Shown one piece after another: positions 56,548-64,000 of a stretch of DNA of 64,000 bases. The translations under genes were made by a program, and so were the position numbers. Source of the stretch: a virus (taxonomy: Duplodnaviria; Heunggongvirae; Uroviricota; Caudoviricetes). The stretch lies in IMG/VR virus record IMGVR_UViG_3300027833_000012, positions 48,257 through 112,256 of that record. The stretch is one strand, 5' to 3'. The first letter of the stretch is position 1, and each line of letters starts with the position of its first letter. The notes below the pieces were generated by a model, which worked only from the letters and a program-made list of their open reading frames with translations, was not told where the DNA came from and ran no database searches.

Positions 56548-57141
56548 TTATATTTTTTCAGATAATTTAGATAGAATTCCCTTTTCATATTCTGTTATTG
56601 AATCACCCTTATCTAATATTTCATCTATTATTCTCTCTATTTCTGATGTCCCCATATCTTCCCTTATATGATACCAAACTTTAGCTTTAACTCTTTTCGT
56701 TTCTACTTTCATATCTATTTCTGGGGTTTCAAAACCATTATCAGTTAATGATGATTTTATCTGGTCTTGTAGGGATGTGAATTTATTTACGGTTTCTTCA
56801 AATTCTTCTTTATTAAGTAATGAATCAAATAATGAGTCTGTCTTAGATTCCGAACCATTTTTCTTATCTAACATTTCATCAAAAATCAACTTCTGAATAT
56901 TTTTATCAGTTAAATTAAAACCAGAATTATCTAGGTTGAGTTCGAATACAACAAAATTTCTTTTAAATGATTTAAAATATGAAGTTAATTCTTTAACTAA
57001 TAAGACACTACTGAATGTCGAAATAACTAATCCAGTAGCCTCCATATATCTGGGTTTTTCAATGTCGGAAACTTTTTCTATTTGAGTTTTACAACCACTA
57101 ACATCCCCTAACATTATTACACAATATTTTTTAAATTCCAT
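56548..57141 (-). CDS. hypothetical protein
   Basis: 197 aa. Confidence 0.4.
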   Translation of the reverse strand: MEFKKYCVIMLGDVSGCKTQIEKVSDIEKPRYMEATGLVISTFSSVLLVKELTSYFKSFKRNFVVFELNLDNSGFNLTDKNIQKLIFDEMLDKKNGSESKTDSLFDSLLNKEEFEETVNKFTSLQDQIKSSLTDNGFETPEIDMKVETKRVKAKVWYHIREDMGTSEIERIIDEILDKGDSITEYEKGILSKLSEKI

Positions 57142-57221
57142 ATATTTTTTTTATTATTATTTATCTATATTACAAATATACATTTTTTTTAACTTAAATA
57201 ACTAATATTCGTTAAAAAAAA

Positions 57222-59600
57222 TTAACTTATTTTAACTTTAGATATGTTACCTTCCTTAACAACAGTAACAACATTATCACTCCACTCTTTAACTAAATCA
57301 CTTTGAGTTATGAAGAATACTTTATCGAACATATCTGATACTCTATCAAATAGAGGTTTTAATTTAGGTACGTTATTTCTAGCTACCCTTCCACCTAAAA
57401 CCTCATCAAAAGCTATAAAATTAGGTGTTGGTAAGGAAGAAACTTTACCTAAGACACATCTAAGTGCTATACTAGATATGGTTAATTCAAATCCACTACC
57501 AGATTTTAATGGTGCTTCTACCTCATCTTTAATTAATAAATATCTGACTTCGTTTTTATCGTCAATAAAAATTTCAACATCGAAATCAGTTATATCTTCT
57601 AATAGTCTTTGTAATTCCCCGTTTATTATTGGTAAGACTGACCTAAGTACTAACTTACTAATACCTTTTTTACCAATCATTTCAATATAAACTTTAAAAA
57701 CTTTATTTATTTCATCTTCTTGTTCTATTGATTTAATAATTTTACCCTTACTAATGATATCCTTATTATTAGAGTTTAAATCTATAGCTACCATTTGTAA
57801 CTCTTTATTTAATAAACCACTCTCATGTTCATTAACCCTTATTTTAGTATCAACTATACTTATTTGACTATCTATATCTCTATTTTTCTCAATACCGTCG
57901 ATATTCTCTTGGTATTTAGTTAAGTCTAACCTCTTCAATCTTAAGTCGGTCCTAAGTGATTCTAATTCAACTGATATTCTATCTTTTTTTAACTCTAATT
58001 GATTCTTAAGGTTAACTTTATCTTTAGAATCCTTTAATTTGTCAATCTCAGATTGAATTTTGGTTAATTCTAAATTATGACCTTCTAACTCTTTAATTAA
58101 AAGTTCTATTTCTTTTTCATGACTTTCAATATGTTTTGAATTATCTACATCATCTAACTTTCTATTACAAGCATGACAAATACCACTAGAAATTAAATTC
58201 TTTATAACAGATTTTAATCTACCTATTTCAGATTCTTTAACACCAATTTTTGTGGTTAATAAACCCTTACTTTTATTTAATTCAAAATCCCTATCTTCAT
58301 CGAAATTAATAGTACCAATATCTAATATTTCTTTACTAATTTTATCCTGATTAGATTTAAAATTCTTACCTTTAGTAGTAATAGCTTCAATCTCATCATT
58401 AATTTTTGATGGGTTTAATGATAGTATTTCTGAATCTATTTTTTCTTTAGATTCGATTAACTTAACCTTTTGGTCGTGCAATTCTACTTTTTCATTAGTC
58501 TTAACTTTAATTTGATTTTCTAAGGTTTCATTCTGGAAATTCAAATCAACAATATTTTTCTCATGTTCTTCAATTTCTTCAACCAATGTTGGGCTATCAT
58601 ATATGTTAGACTTCATTGTTTTTGTGAAATTAGAATACATTTTCCTAACTACAACTTCCTTTAATGTAATAACTTCAAGACCAATTAACCTTGTGATTAA
58701 TTTACCACTTTCACCACTTGTTGAGTCAACCAGTGTGTCTAAATTCCTTGATGTAACTAAAACAACTAAGTCAAAATCTTTTTCTGTACCAACCGTTTCA
58801 CTAATTAGTTTTGTAGTCTTAATAGCATCCTCATCATTTAATTCCTCTTCGTCACCATCTGGTAGTATTCTATAATAGTTAACTTTATTTGTAATATTAA
58901 AACCACCCTTCCTTTTTGGAGTTCTTTTTAACTTTCTTTCGATTATAATTTCATCTTCACCGTCAATTTCAATCATCCCTCTAACGGTTAACTCATCCTT
59001 ATCACTAAACTTATTAAATACTTGACTATTGGTATCCGTCTTGGTTGTTTTACCAAAAAGTAAATATTTCATAGCATCAATAACTAATGTAGTCTTACCA
59101 CCTTGATTTTCTGGTATTGAATTTACAACTGTAAAACCTTTGAATCTATCCACTGGGAAAAAGTTACCTTCACCAAAAGAAAGGAAGTTATTAAGCATTA
59201 TCCAACTTACTTTATATTTTTTATTCTGCTTTTCATCTAAATCAATATCCAATTCGCTATTAACTTTATCATCTAATTTAAATAACCTATTGATATCGAT
59301 ATTTTTATTCTCCCTAACTAACCATTCTTTAAATAGTTCACGTTGGTAAGGGGTATTCATTATATTATCTATTGTGGCACCATCTATAGATATTGTTTCA
59401 CCAGCACTATTAACCCTAACTGGTCTATAGATTACATTTATTTGTTGTGATGATACCCCATATTTCTTTGCGAAATACTTCTTAACTTTGCTTCTATTGT
59501 CTTTAGAATAGTTTTCTGGCATATCATCCCAGTGCACCTTTATTTTAGCGTAAGGTGGTATATTTACTATATCATTATTTTTATTATTTAACATCTCCAT
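57222..59600 (-). CDS. Rad50/SbcC-like recombination ATPase (T4 gp46-like)
   Basis: Walker A NQGGKTT; long coiled coil; zinc hook CHACNR; signature/Walker B near C terminus (IAFDEVLG). Confidence 0.8.
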   Translation of the reverse strand: MEMLNNKNNDIVNIPPYAKIKVHWDDMPENYSKDNRSKVKKYFAKKYGVSSQQINVIYRPVRVNSAGETISIDGATIDNIMNTPYQRELFKEWLVRENKNIDINRLFKLDDKVNSELDIDLDEKQNKKYKVSWIMLNNFLSFGEGNFFPVDRFKGFTVVNSIPENQGGKTTLVIDAMKYLLFGKTTKTDTNSQVFNKFSDKDELTVRGMIEIDGEDEIIIERKLKRTPKRKGGFNITNKVNYYRILPDGDEEELNDEDAIKTTKLISETVGTEKDFDLVVLVTSRNLDTLVDSTSGESGKLITRLIGLEVITLKEVVVRKMYSNFTKTMKSNIYDSPTLVEEIEEHEKNIVDLNFQNETLENQIKVKTNEKVELHDQKVKLIESKEKIDSEILSLNPSKINDEIEAITTKGKNFKSNQDKISKEILDIGTINFDEDRDFELNKSKGLLTTKIGVKESEIGRLKSVIKNLISSGICHACNRKLDDVDNSKHIESHEKEIELLIKELEGHNLELTKIQSEIDKLKDSKDKVNLKNQLELKKDRISVELESLRTDLRLKRLDLTKYQENIDGIEKNRDIDSQISIVDTKIRVNEHESGLLNKELQMVAIDLNSNNKDIISKGKIIKSIEQEDEINKVFKVYIEMIGKKGISKLVLRSVLPIINGELQRLLEDITDFDVEIFIDDKNEVRYLLIKDEVEAPLKSGSGFELTISSIALRCVLGKVSSLPTPNFIAFDEVLGGRVARNNVPKLKPLFDRVSDMFDKVFFITQSDLVKEWSDNVVTVVKEGNISKVKIS

Positions 59601-59913
59601 AAATATCTAATCTATTATTATCTTTCTCTATTTTCAATTCTTCTTTAACTTTAATTAATTCCGCATCTAAGGATTTAATTTTATCTGTTAGTTTTTTTAC
59701 TTCCACATCGTTGGTAACAAATACTTCTTTTTCAACTATTTTTTCTACCACCTTTTCTTTAATTTGAACTTTACCAGACCCAGGTTGTGAACCATACTTT
59801 TCAGATGTGAAGCCCGATTTAAAAATCTTAATCATGAATTCATTTATGTTGGTGATATCGTTTACTCTACAATAATCCCAAACCTCATCTTTTAATTTTT
59901 TACCTAATTCCAT
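59584..59913 (-). CDS. hypothetical protein between the SbcC and SbcD homologues
   Basis: 109 aa. Confidence 0.4.
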   Translation of the reverse strand: MELGKKLKDEVWDYCRVNDITNINEFMIKIFKSGFTSEKYGSQPGSGKVQIKEKVVEKIVEKEVFVTNDVEVKKLTDKIKSLDAELIKVKEELKIEKDNNRLDIYGDVK

Positions 59914-59915
59914 AC

Positions 59916-60728
59916 CTACTTGTTTGTTAATATTTCATTATTATTTTCTATATCATTTATTGAATTTATTTTAAATTGGTAAAAACCAAAATTTGTTTCA
60001 ATATCACATTCTTCAAATGTCCTTTGTTCAATATCCCAAAATAAAAACCCATGTTTGTTAATACTTTCCCCAAAGTTTTGTTGTATTAATGATGATGGGT
60101 AAACTATAGGTGCACCCTTATATTTGAAAGATTGCCTCTTATGTATATCACCTAACATTACGATGTCACAACCTTCAAAATGTGATAACCCTTGTGCTTC
60201 ATCAAATTCATAACCAATATCTGTACTAGAACCTACTATTGGTGCATGGTATAATCCTATGTACGTTTTGTCATCACCATACTCAAGTCTAGCTAATTCA
60301 ATATCTGGTCTATCATTATCTTCGAATATCGAATATACGCACCAAACAATATTGTCATCTAACATACATTCACTCTTTTTGTAATAACTAATACTCTGAC
60401 TATCAATTAAATTAACCATAGGTGATAGACTATCTAACCTATCTTTATTTCCCTCAATTAAATCATGATTACCAGCTATAAGCACTACTGGGGCTATTTT
60501 ATCTAATTGTTTTAAAAACCAAGTTCCTAACATTAATAATTCGTTAGATATTGTGATTTTTTGATGAACGTAATCCCCAACAATGACAATTCTAACCTCA
60601 TCTCTTTCATAACCCTTAACTAATCTATTAATCTCATCAATTGTTGAGTTAAAGGCTTCAGCGTATTCCTCATGCATCTTATATGTTCTGATATGTAAAT
60701 CAGCCATATGTATTACTTTTTTTATCAT
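59916..60728 (-). CDS. Mre11/SbcD-like nuclease (T4 gp47-like)
   Basis: HMADLHI (motif I), GDYVH (II), AGNHD (III). Confidence 0.8.
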   Translation of the reverse strand: MIKKVIHMADLHIRTYKMHEEYAEAFNSTIDEINRLVKGYERDEVRIVIVGDYVHQKITISNELLMLGTWFLKQLDKIAPVVLIAGNHDLIEGNKDRLDSLSPMVNLIDSQSISYYKKSECMLDDNIVWCVYSIFEDNDRPDIELARLEYGDDKTYIGLYHAPIVGSSTDIGYEFDEAQGLSHFEGCDIVMLGDIHKRQSFKYKGAPIVYPSSLIQQNFGESINKHGFLFWDIEQRTFEECDIETNFGFYQFKINSINDIENNNEILTNK

Positions 60729-60734
60729 ACTATT

Positions 60735-61676
60735 TTATAATTTATCTAATGATTCTTTTAATAATTTTAACCTATCTTCTTCAGCTATAATATCAAATTT
60801 CTTTTTCTTCATTACTGAATCTATTCTAGGTAATGGGTCCATAGTTAATACTGTATTTATAAAATCTTTTGGTACTCTGAATTCTGTAAATACTGTATGT
60901 TCTGTTAAATGTACTATAATACAACCTAATAATTTAATATCACCATATTTTGTACCTTTTAACATGTCTAATAACAATCTACCGTATAGTGGTAGTTGGA
61001 TTTTATAATGACCTAGTGCGGTATCCATTTCATCCTGGAATGGTTCTAACATTGGTTCTGTGTAAGAATGTACTTGGAAGTTTTTAGGTTTATTTGTTTT
61101 CCAATCTGTGATTATTAACCCTAAATTACCATCTTTATCTAACATAATCCACACTTTATCTGGTTGACCAGTATACTTTAAAGTGTTACTACCTAACACC
61201 ATTTCGGTATCTAACAATACCGCACCTCTCCTATGCATTAAACGTATAAAATCATGTCCAGCATCAATCATAGCATTACCATCAGCTGTTTGTTTTTCAT
61301 CACATTCAAAAATAGGTTTTCTAACACCTTTATAAGAACCATATTGTTTCAATAAATCAGTTTCTAATAAGTAATGTACCCTAGAACCCTTACTGTTTGC
61401 GTAGTCAGCTGTACCTTTCCATTGTCTAAGTAAATCATCCTGTTTAAATATATTACCATCACACATGTCCAAAGATTTCTCAAGTGCTGGGAAATCATTG
61501 TAAAATTGCTTTATAACGGTAGATACTGAAGGGAACTCTGTAGTTATTTCACCCTCTAACGTTCTTATATAGTATGTGTGTGTATCTTCAACGAATGATA
61601 AGTCTAATTCTTTTTGTTTTTCTTCTATAATAGCTCTAATTTCTTTAGCTATTTCTAATAATTTACTGTTATCCAT
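60735..61676 (-). CDS. PD-(D/E)XK (RecB/Cas4-like) nuclease
   Basis: GQPD ... ITDWKTNK (D..DxK) and QLPLY (QxxxY) motifs. Confidence 0.5.
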   Translation of the reverse strand: MDNSKLLEIAKEIRAIIEEKQKELDLSFVEDTHTYYIRTLEGEITTEFPSVSTVIKQFYNDFPALEKSLDMCDGNIFKQDDLLRQWKGTADYANSKGSRVHYLLETDLLKQYGSYKGVRKPIFECDEKQTADGNAMIDAGHDFIRLMHRRGAVLLDTEMVLGSNTLKYTGQPDKVWIMLDKDGNLGLIITDWKTNKPKNFQVHSYTEPMLEPFQDEMDTALGHYKIQLPLYGRLLLDMLKGTKYGDIKLLGCIIVHLTEHTVFTEFRVPKDFINTVLTMDPLPRIDSVMKKKKFDIIAEEDRLKLLKESLDKL

Positions 61677-61747
61677 ATAATTTTAATATATTAGCAAATA
61701 TACGTTAAATTTGTAGGATTTTCAACTATTTATAATAAAAGTTAATT

Positions 61748-62488
61748 ATGAAGGATTTCATTAAACAAAAATTAAGAGAAGATTTAGAGTATCATCACGC
61801 TTCGGATGCTACTAAAGATGAATATGTGATAAGTGAAAATAATAATAGTTTTACCTTATATCATGGTAGTCAACATAAGATAAATTCAAAAGAGGGTTTT
61901 TTAACAAAATACGTTTTAAGTGGTGAAGGGTTAAATGCATTTGGTTGGGGTTTATATTTTACTGATGTAATTGAAATTGCTAAATTTTATTCTAGAAATA
62001 ATAGGGCTAATGAGCTTAATAAATTTTTAACATTAGCTAATGACTTTGGTATTGATTCTGTTGTTGATTTTATAGAATTTATTGATATGCAAGATGGTTG
62101 GGGGGAAATTTCTAAAGAAACTGAAGTTTTTCTTAAGAAGAATAAAAATAAGAGTATAAGTAAATTATTTAAAGGTGGTATACTTTATACTGTTCAAATA
62201 ACCCCGTCTAAAAATAAGACTCTTGATTGGTTTGAATCTATTGAGTCTAGTGAATTAGAATTACTTAACATTAATAATGATAACATGACTGGGAAGGATG
62301 TTTATAATTATTTAATAAATGAGTTGGGGAGTGATAAATTAGCTTCAAAATACCTATATAATAATGATTATTTTGCTATTAAATACCCAACTGAATCTTA
62401 CGTTAAAGTTAAAACTGACACAAAGGGTTATAATTATGTAATTTTTAATGAAAAAGATATCAAAATAACTAATATAGAAAATCAATAA
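61748..62488 (+). CDS. leader-A-like protein (MKDFIKQKLREDLE...), plus strand
   Basis: N terminus follows the leader-A pattern. Confidence 0.45.
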   Translation: MKDFIKQKLREDLEYHHASDATKDEYVISENNNSFTLYHGSQHKINSKEGFLTKYVLSGEGLNAFGWGLYFTDVIEIAKFYSRNNRANELNKFLTLANDFGIDSVVDFIEFIDMQDGWGEISKETEVFLKKNKNKSISKLFKGGILYTVQITPSKNKTLDWFESIESSELELLNINNDNMTGKDVYNYLINELGSDKLASKYLYNNDYFAIKYPTESYVKVKTDTKGYNYVIFNEKDIKITNIENQ

Positions 62489-63432
62489 ATTTTACTTTCT
62501 AATAACCTCCTACTAGTCTTTAGAAGTCTAACAATACCATCACTACCCCATTTCTCAAATATAGAGGATGGGTCGTGGTTAGGTGGTGGTGTACACATTT
62601 TAACTCTATTATATAAGTCACCTATATTTAAACTTTTATAAAGTCTAATAGCATCTTCTTGAGCATCATCATCTAATAGAATTACTATATCAGCCTTTGT
62701 ATTTTTATATAATAATCCTCTTAATTTTTCTGAAATAGTCTTACCTAATAATGGTATTGAGTTTGGGATTACAATATGGTCAAAAACACCTTCAACTAAA
62801 TATAAAGTAGCATCCCAATTAATTTTATCTTCATTGAATATTATCAATTGTTTTTCAGCATCTGGGTTTAGGTATTTATATCTAACCCAATTATCCCAAG
62901 CTCTACCTACAAAGAAATTTAATTCACCAACCTCATCATATGATGGTATTATAACCCTAAATTTATACTTATCAAGAACTGTATAACCGATATTATAATA
63001 TTCAATCATATCATCTGTGAAACCTCTATTAACTAAATAATTGTAAGCATCTTTGTATTTGTAATCTGAAATGGAAGATTCACTTAGTTTTTTAAAACCT
63101 TTTGGTAAGGTTACTTTTGTTGGAACTAATTTACTCTTGTCGTAATCATCTTCTGGTTTTAAAAGAAGGTATTCTCTAAGTAATTTTTTATTACCAAACC
63201 TAACAATTAATCTTGATAATTTACCATACATATTATTTTCATATGCACATACCCAACACTTAAAAATACCCTTTTTATAATTTACAGCAAGTTTGTATTT
63301 ACCATCACCATCTGACATACCCTTTTCTTCAGCACAAGCTGGACAATTAAATGACATTTGACCACTACTTTCGTTGTGGTCTTTATAATCACCTAAAAAA
63401 CTCTTTAATATGTTTGGGATAATGTTTAGCAT
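62482..63432 (-). CDS. DNA primase (T4 gp61-like; zinc ribbon plus TOPRIM)
   Basis: CPACAEEKG...CWVCAY zinc ribbon; TOPRIM LVEGVFD and LLDDDAQ. Confidence 0.75.
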   Translation of the reverse strand: MLNIIPNILKSFLGDYKDHNESSGQMSFNCPACAEEKGMSDGDGKYKLAVNYKKGIFKCWVCAYENNMYGKLSRLIVRFGNKKLLREYLLLKPEDDYDKSKLVPTKVTLPKGFKKLSESSISDYKYKDAYNYLVNRGFTDDMIEYYNIGYTVLDKYKFRVIIPSYDEVGELNFFVGRAWDNWVRYKYLNPDAEKQLIIFNEDKINWDATLYLVEGVFDHIVIPNSIPLLGKTISEKLRGLLYKNTKADIVILLDDDAQEDAIRLYKSLNIGDLYNRVKMCTPPPNHDPSSIFEKWGSDGIVRLLKTSRRLLESKIY

Positions 63433-63461
63433 AATGCAAATATACTAAAAAGATAATAAAC

Positions 63462-63773
63462 TTACAAATTAAATTTATTATCTTTTGAAAAATTTATTAA
63501 ATATTCTTTTAATAGTTCAACTCTAAATTTAAAATCAACTCTATTTGTTTCTTTAAATCTAATTGCATTTTCATCTTCTTTTAGTACTGAGTTAATACTA
63601 TGATATATTTCTTTTACTAATTCAGTTAATTTATCTTCAAAACTAAATTTATTAACTTGTTTTGTTTCTATAACTTCATTTTCTAATTCTTGACAATATT
63701 GTATTAATTCTTTAACAGATTCTTCTTCCATTAAATATTCATTATCTTTAAATATCTGTCTTATTGATTTCAT
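63462..63773 (-). CDS. hypothetical protein
   Basis: 103 aa. Confidence 0.4.
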   Translation of the reverse strand: MKSIRQIFKDNEYLMEEESVKELIQYCQELENEVIETKQVNKFSFEDKLTELVKEIYHSINSVLKEDENAIRFKETNRVDFKFRVELLKEYLINFSKDNKFNL

Positions 63774-64000
63774 AATGTAAAAATACTGAAATTATTTTAC
63801 AAATGCAAGTTAGTCTAAATTTTCTGGTGACCATTTACCTATTTTATGCATGAATCCAAGGGTACATGCAACAGCATCTGTCATATCAAACACTTCCTTT
63901 CTAAGTGTATTATTTCTAGTGTATAACCAATTTATCTGAGGTTCTAAATCTGAAACTAATTCCCATATTATCATTTTCTTATCAACATCCCATGGGTGAG

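Noticed and set aside
1-64000. Genome-wide stop-codon reassignment as the explanation for the in-frame TAA and TAG
   Set aside because: TAA terminates most checked genes (289, 1638, 2970, 4465, 5255, 7012, 8561) and TAG terminates DHFR (10416). Any readthrough must be local or partial suppression, not a recoded genetic code.

Overview
This is an AT-rich (about 30% GC), densely packed window from a large virulent dsDNA phage of the T4-like/jumbo kind. Almost all genes sit on the minus strand and are read from high to low coordinates.

Recognisable T4-type modules, called from motif-level matches, are:
- DNA ligase
- Rad50/Mre11-like gp46/gp47 pair
- gp61-like primase
- gene-1-like dNMP kinase
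- DHFR
- SSB-like protein
- endolysin
- sigma-70-family sigma factor
- ClpP

Intergenic regions repeatedly carry the motif TAGTAT(A/C)TTTGT on the coding strand, which is the Bacteroidetes-type -7 promoter element TAnnTTTG. Together with the AT-richness and the lipobox-bearing lipoprotein genes, this suggests a Bacteroidetes host (inference).

The centre of the window (18.8-21.3 kb) holds a minus-strand tRNA island, including:
- Arg(ACG)
- Arg(UCU) x2
- Asn(GUU), a perfect 83-bp tandem duplication
- Ser(GCU), Ser(GGA), Ser(UGA)
- Trp(CCA)
- His(GUG)-like
- several tRNA-like genes whose acceptor and T arms are canonical but whose interiors are not

A large RNA repair and maintenance toolkit is scattered around it:
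- Rnl1-like and Rnl2-like RNA ligases
- a Pnk-type 5'-kinase
- a kinase-2H-phosphoesterase (Trl1-like) fusion
- a HAD phosphatase
- a calcineurin-type phosphatase
- a CCA-adding enzyme
- a previously uncalled Pth2 peptidyl-tRNA hydrolase

Five main observations stand out:
1. A roughly 370-nt tmRNA-like gene lies next to ClpP.
2. A tRNA with a CUA (amber suppressor) anticodon loop sits directly upstream of the Pth2 gene, which carries an in-frame TAG at codon 3.
3. The kinase-CPD gene is interrupted by a single in-frame TAA inside its Walker A motif.
4. Two families of adjacent genes share nucleotide-conserved N-terminal leaders ending in LLRE (T4 capsid-targeting-sequence-like). They are fused to unrelated bodies: GNAT-lysozyme, a ParB-like domain, a Pnk kinase and others.
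5. A 2-kb ORF-poor region is rich in structured-RNA features.

All homology statements are motif-level readings of the translated ORFs. No database search was run.
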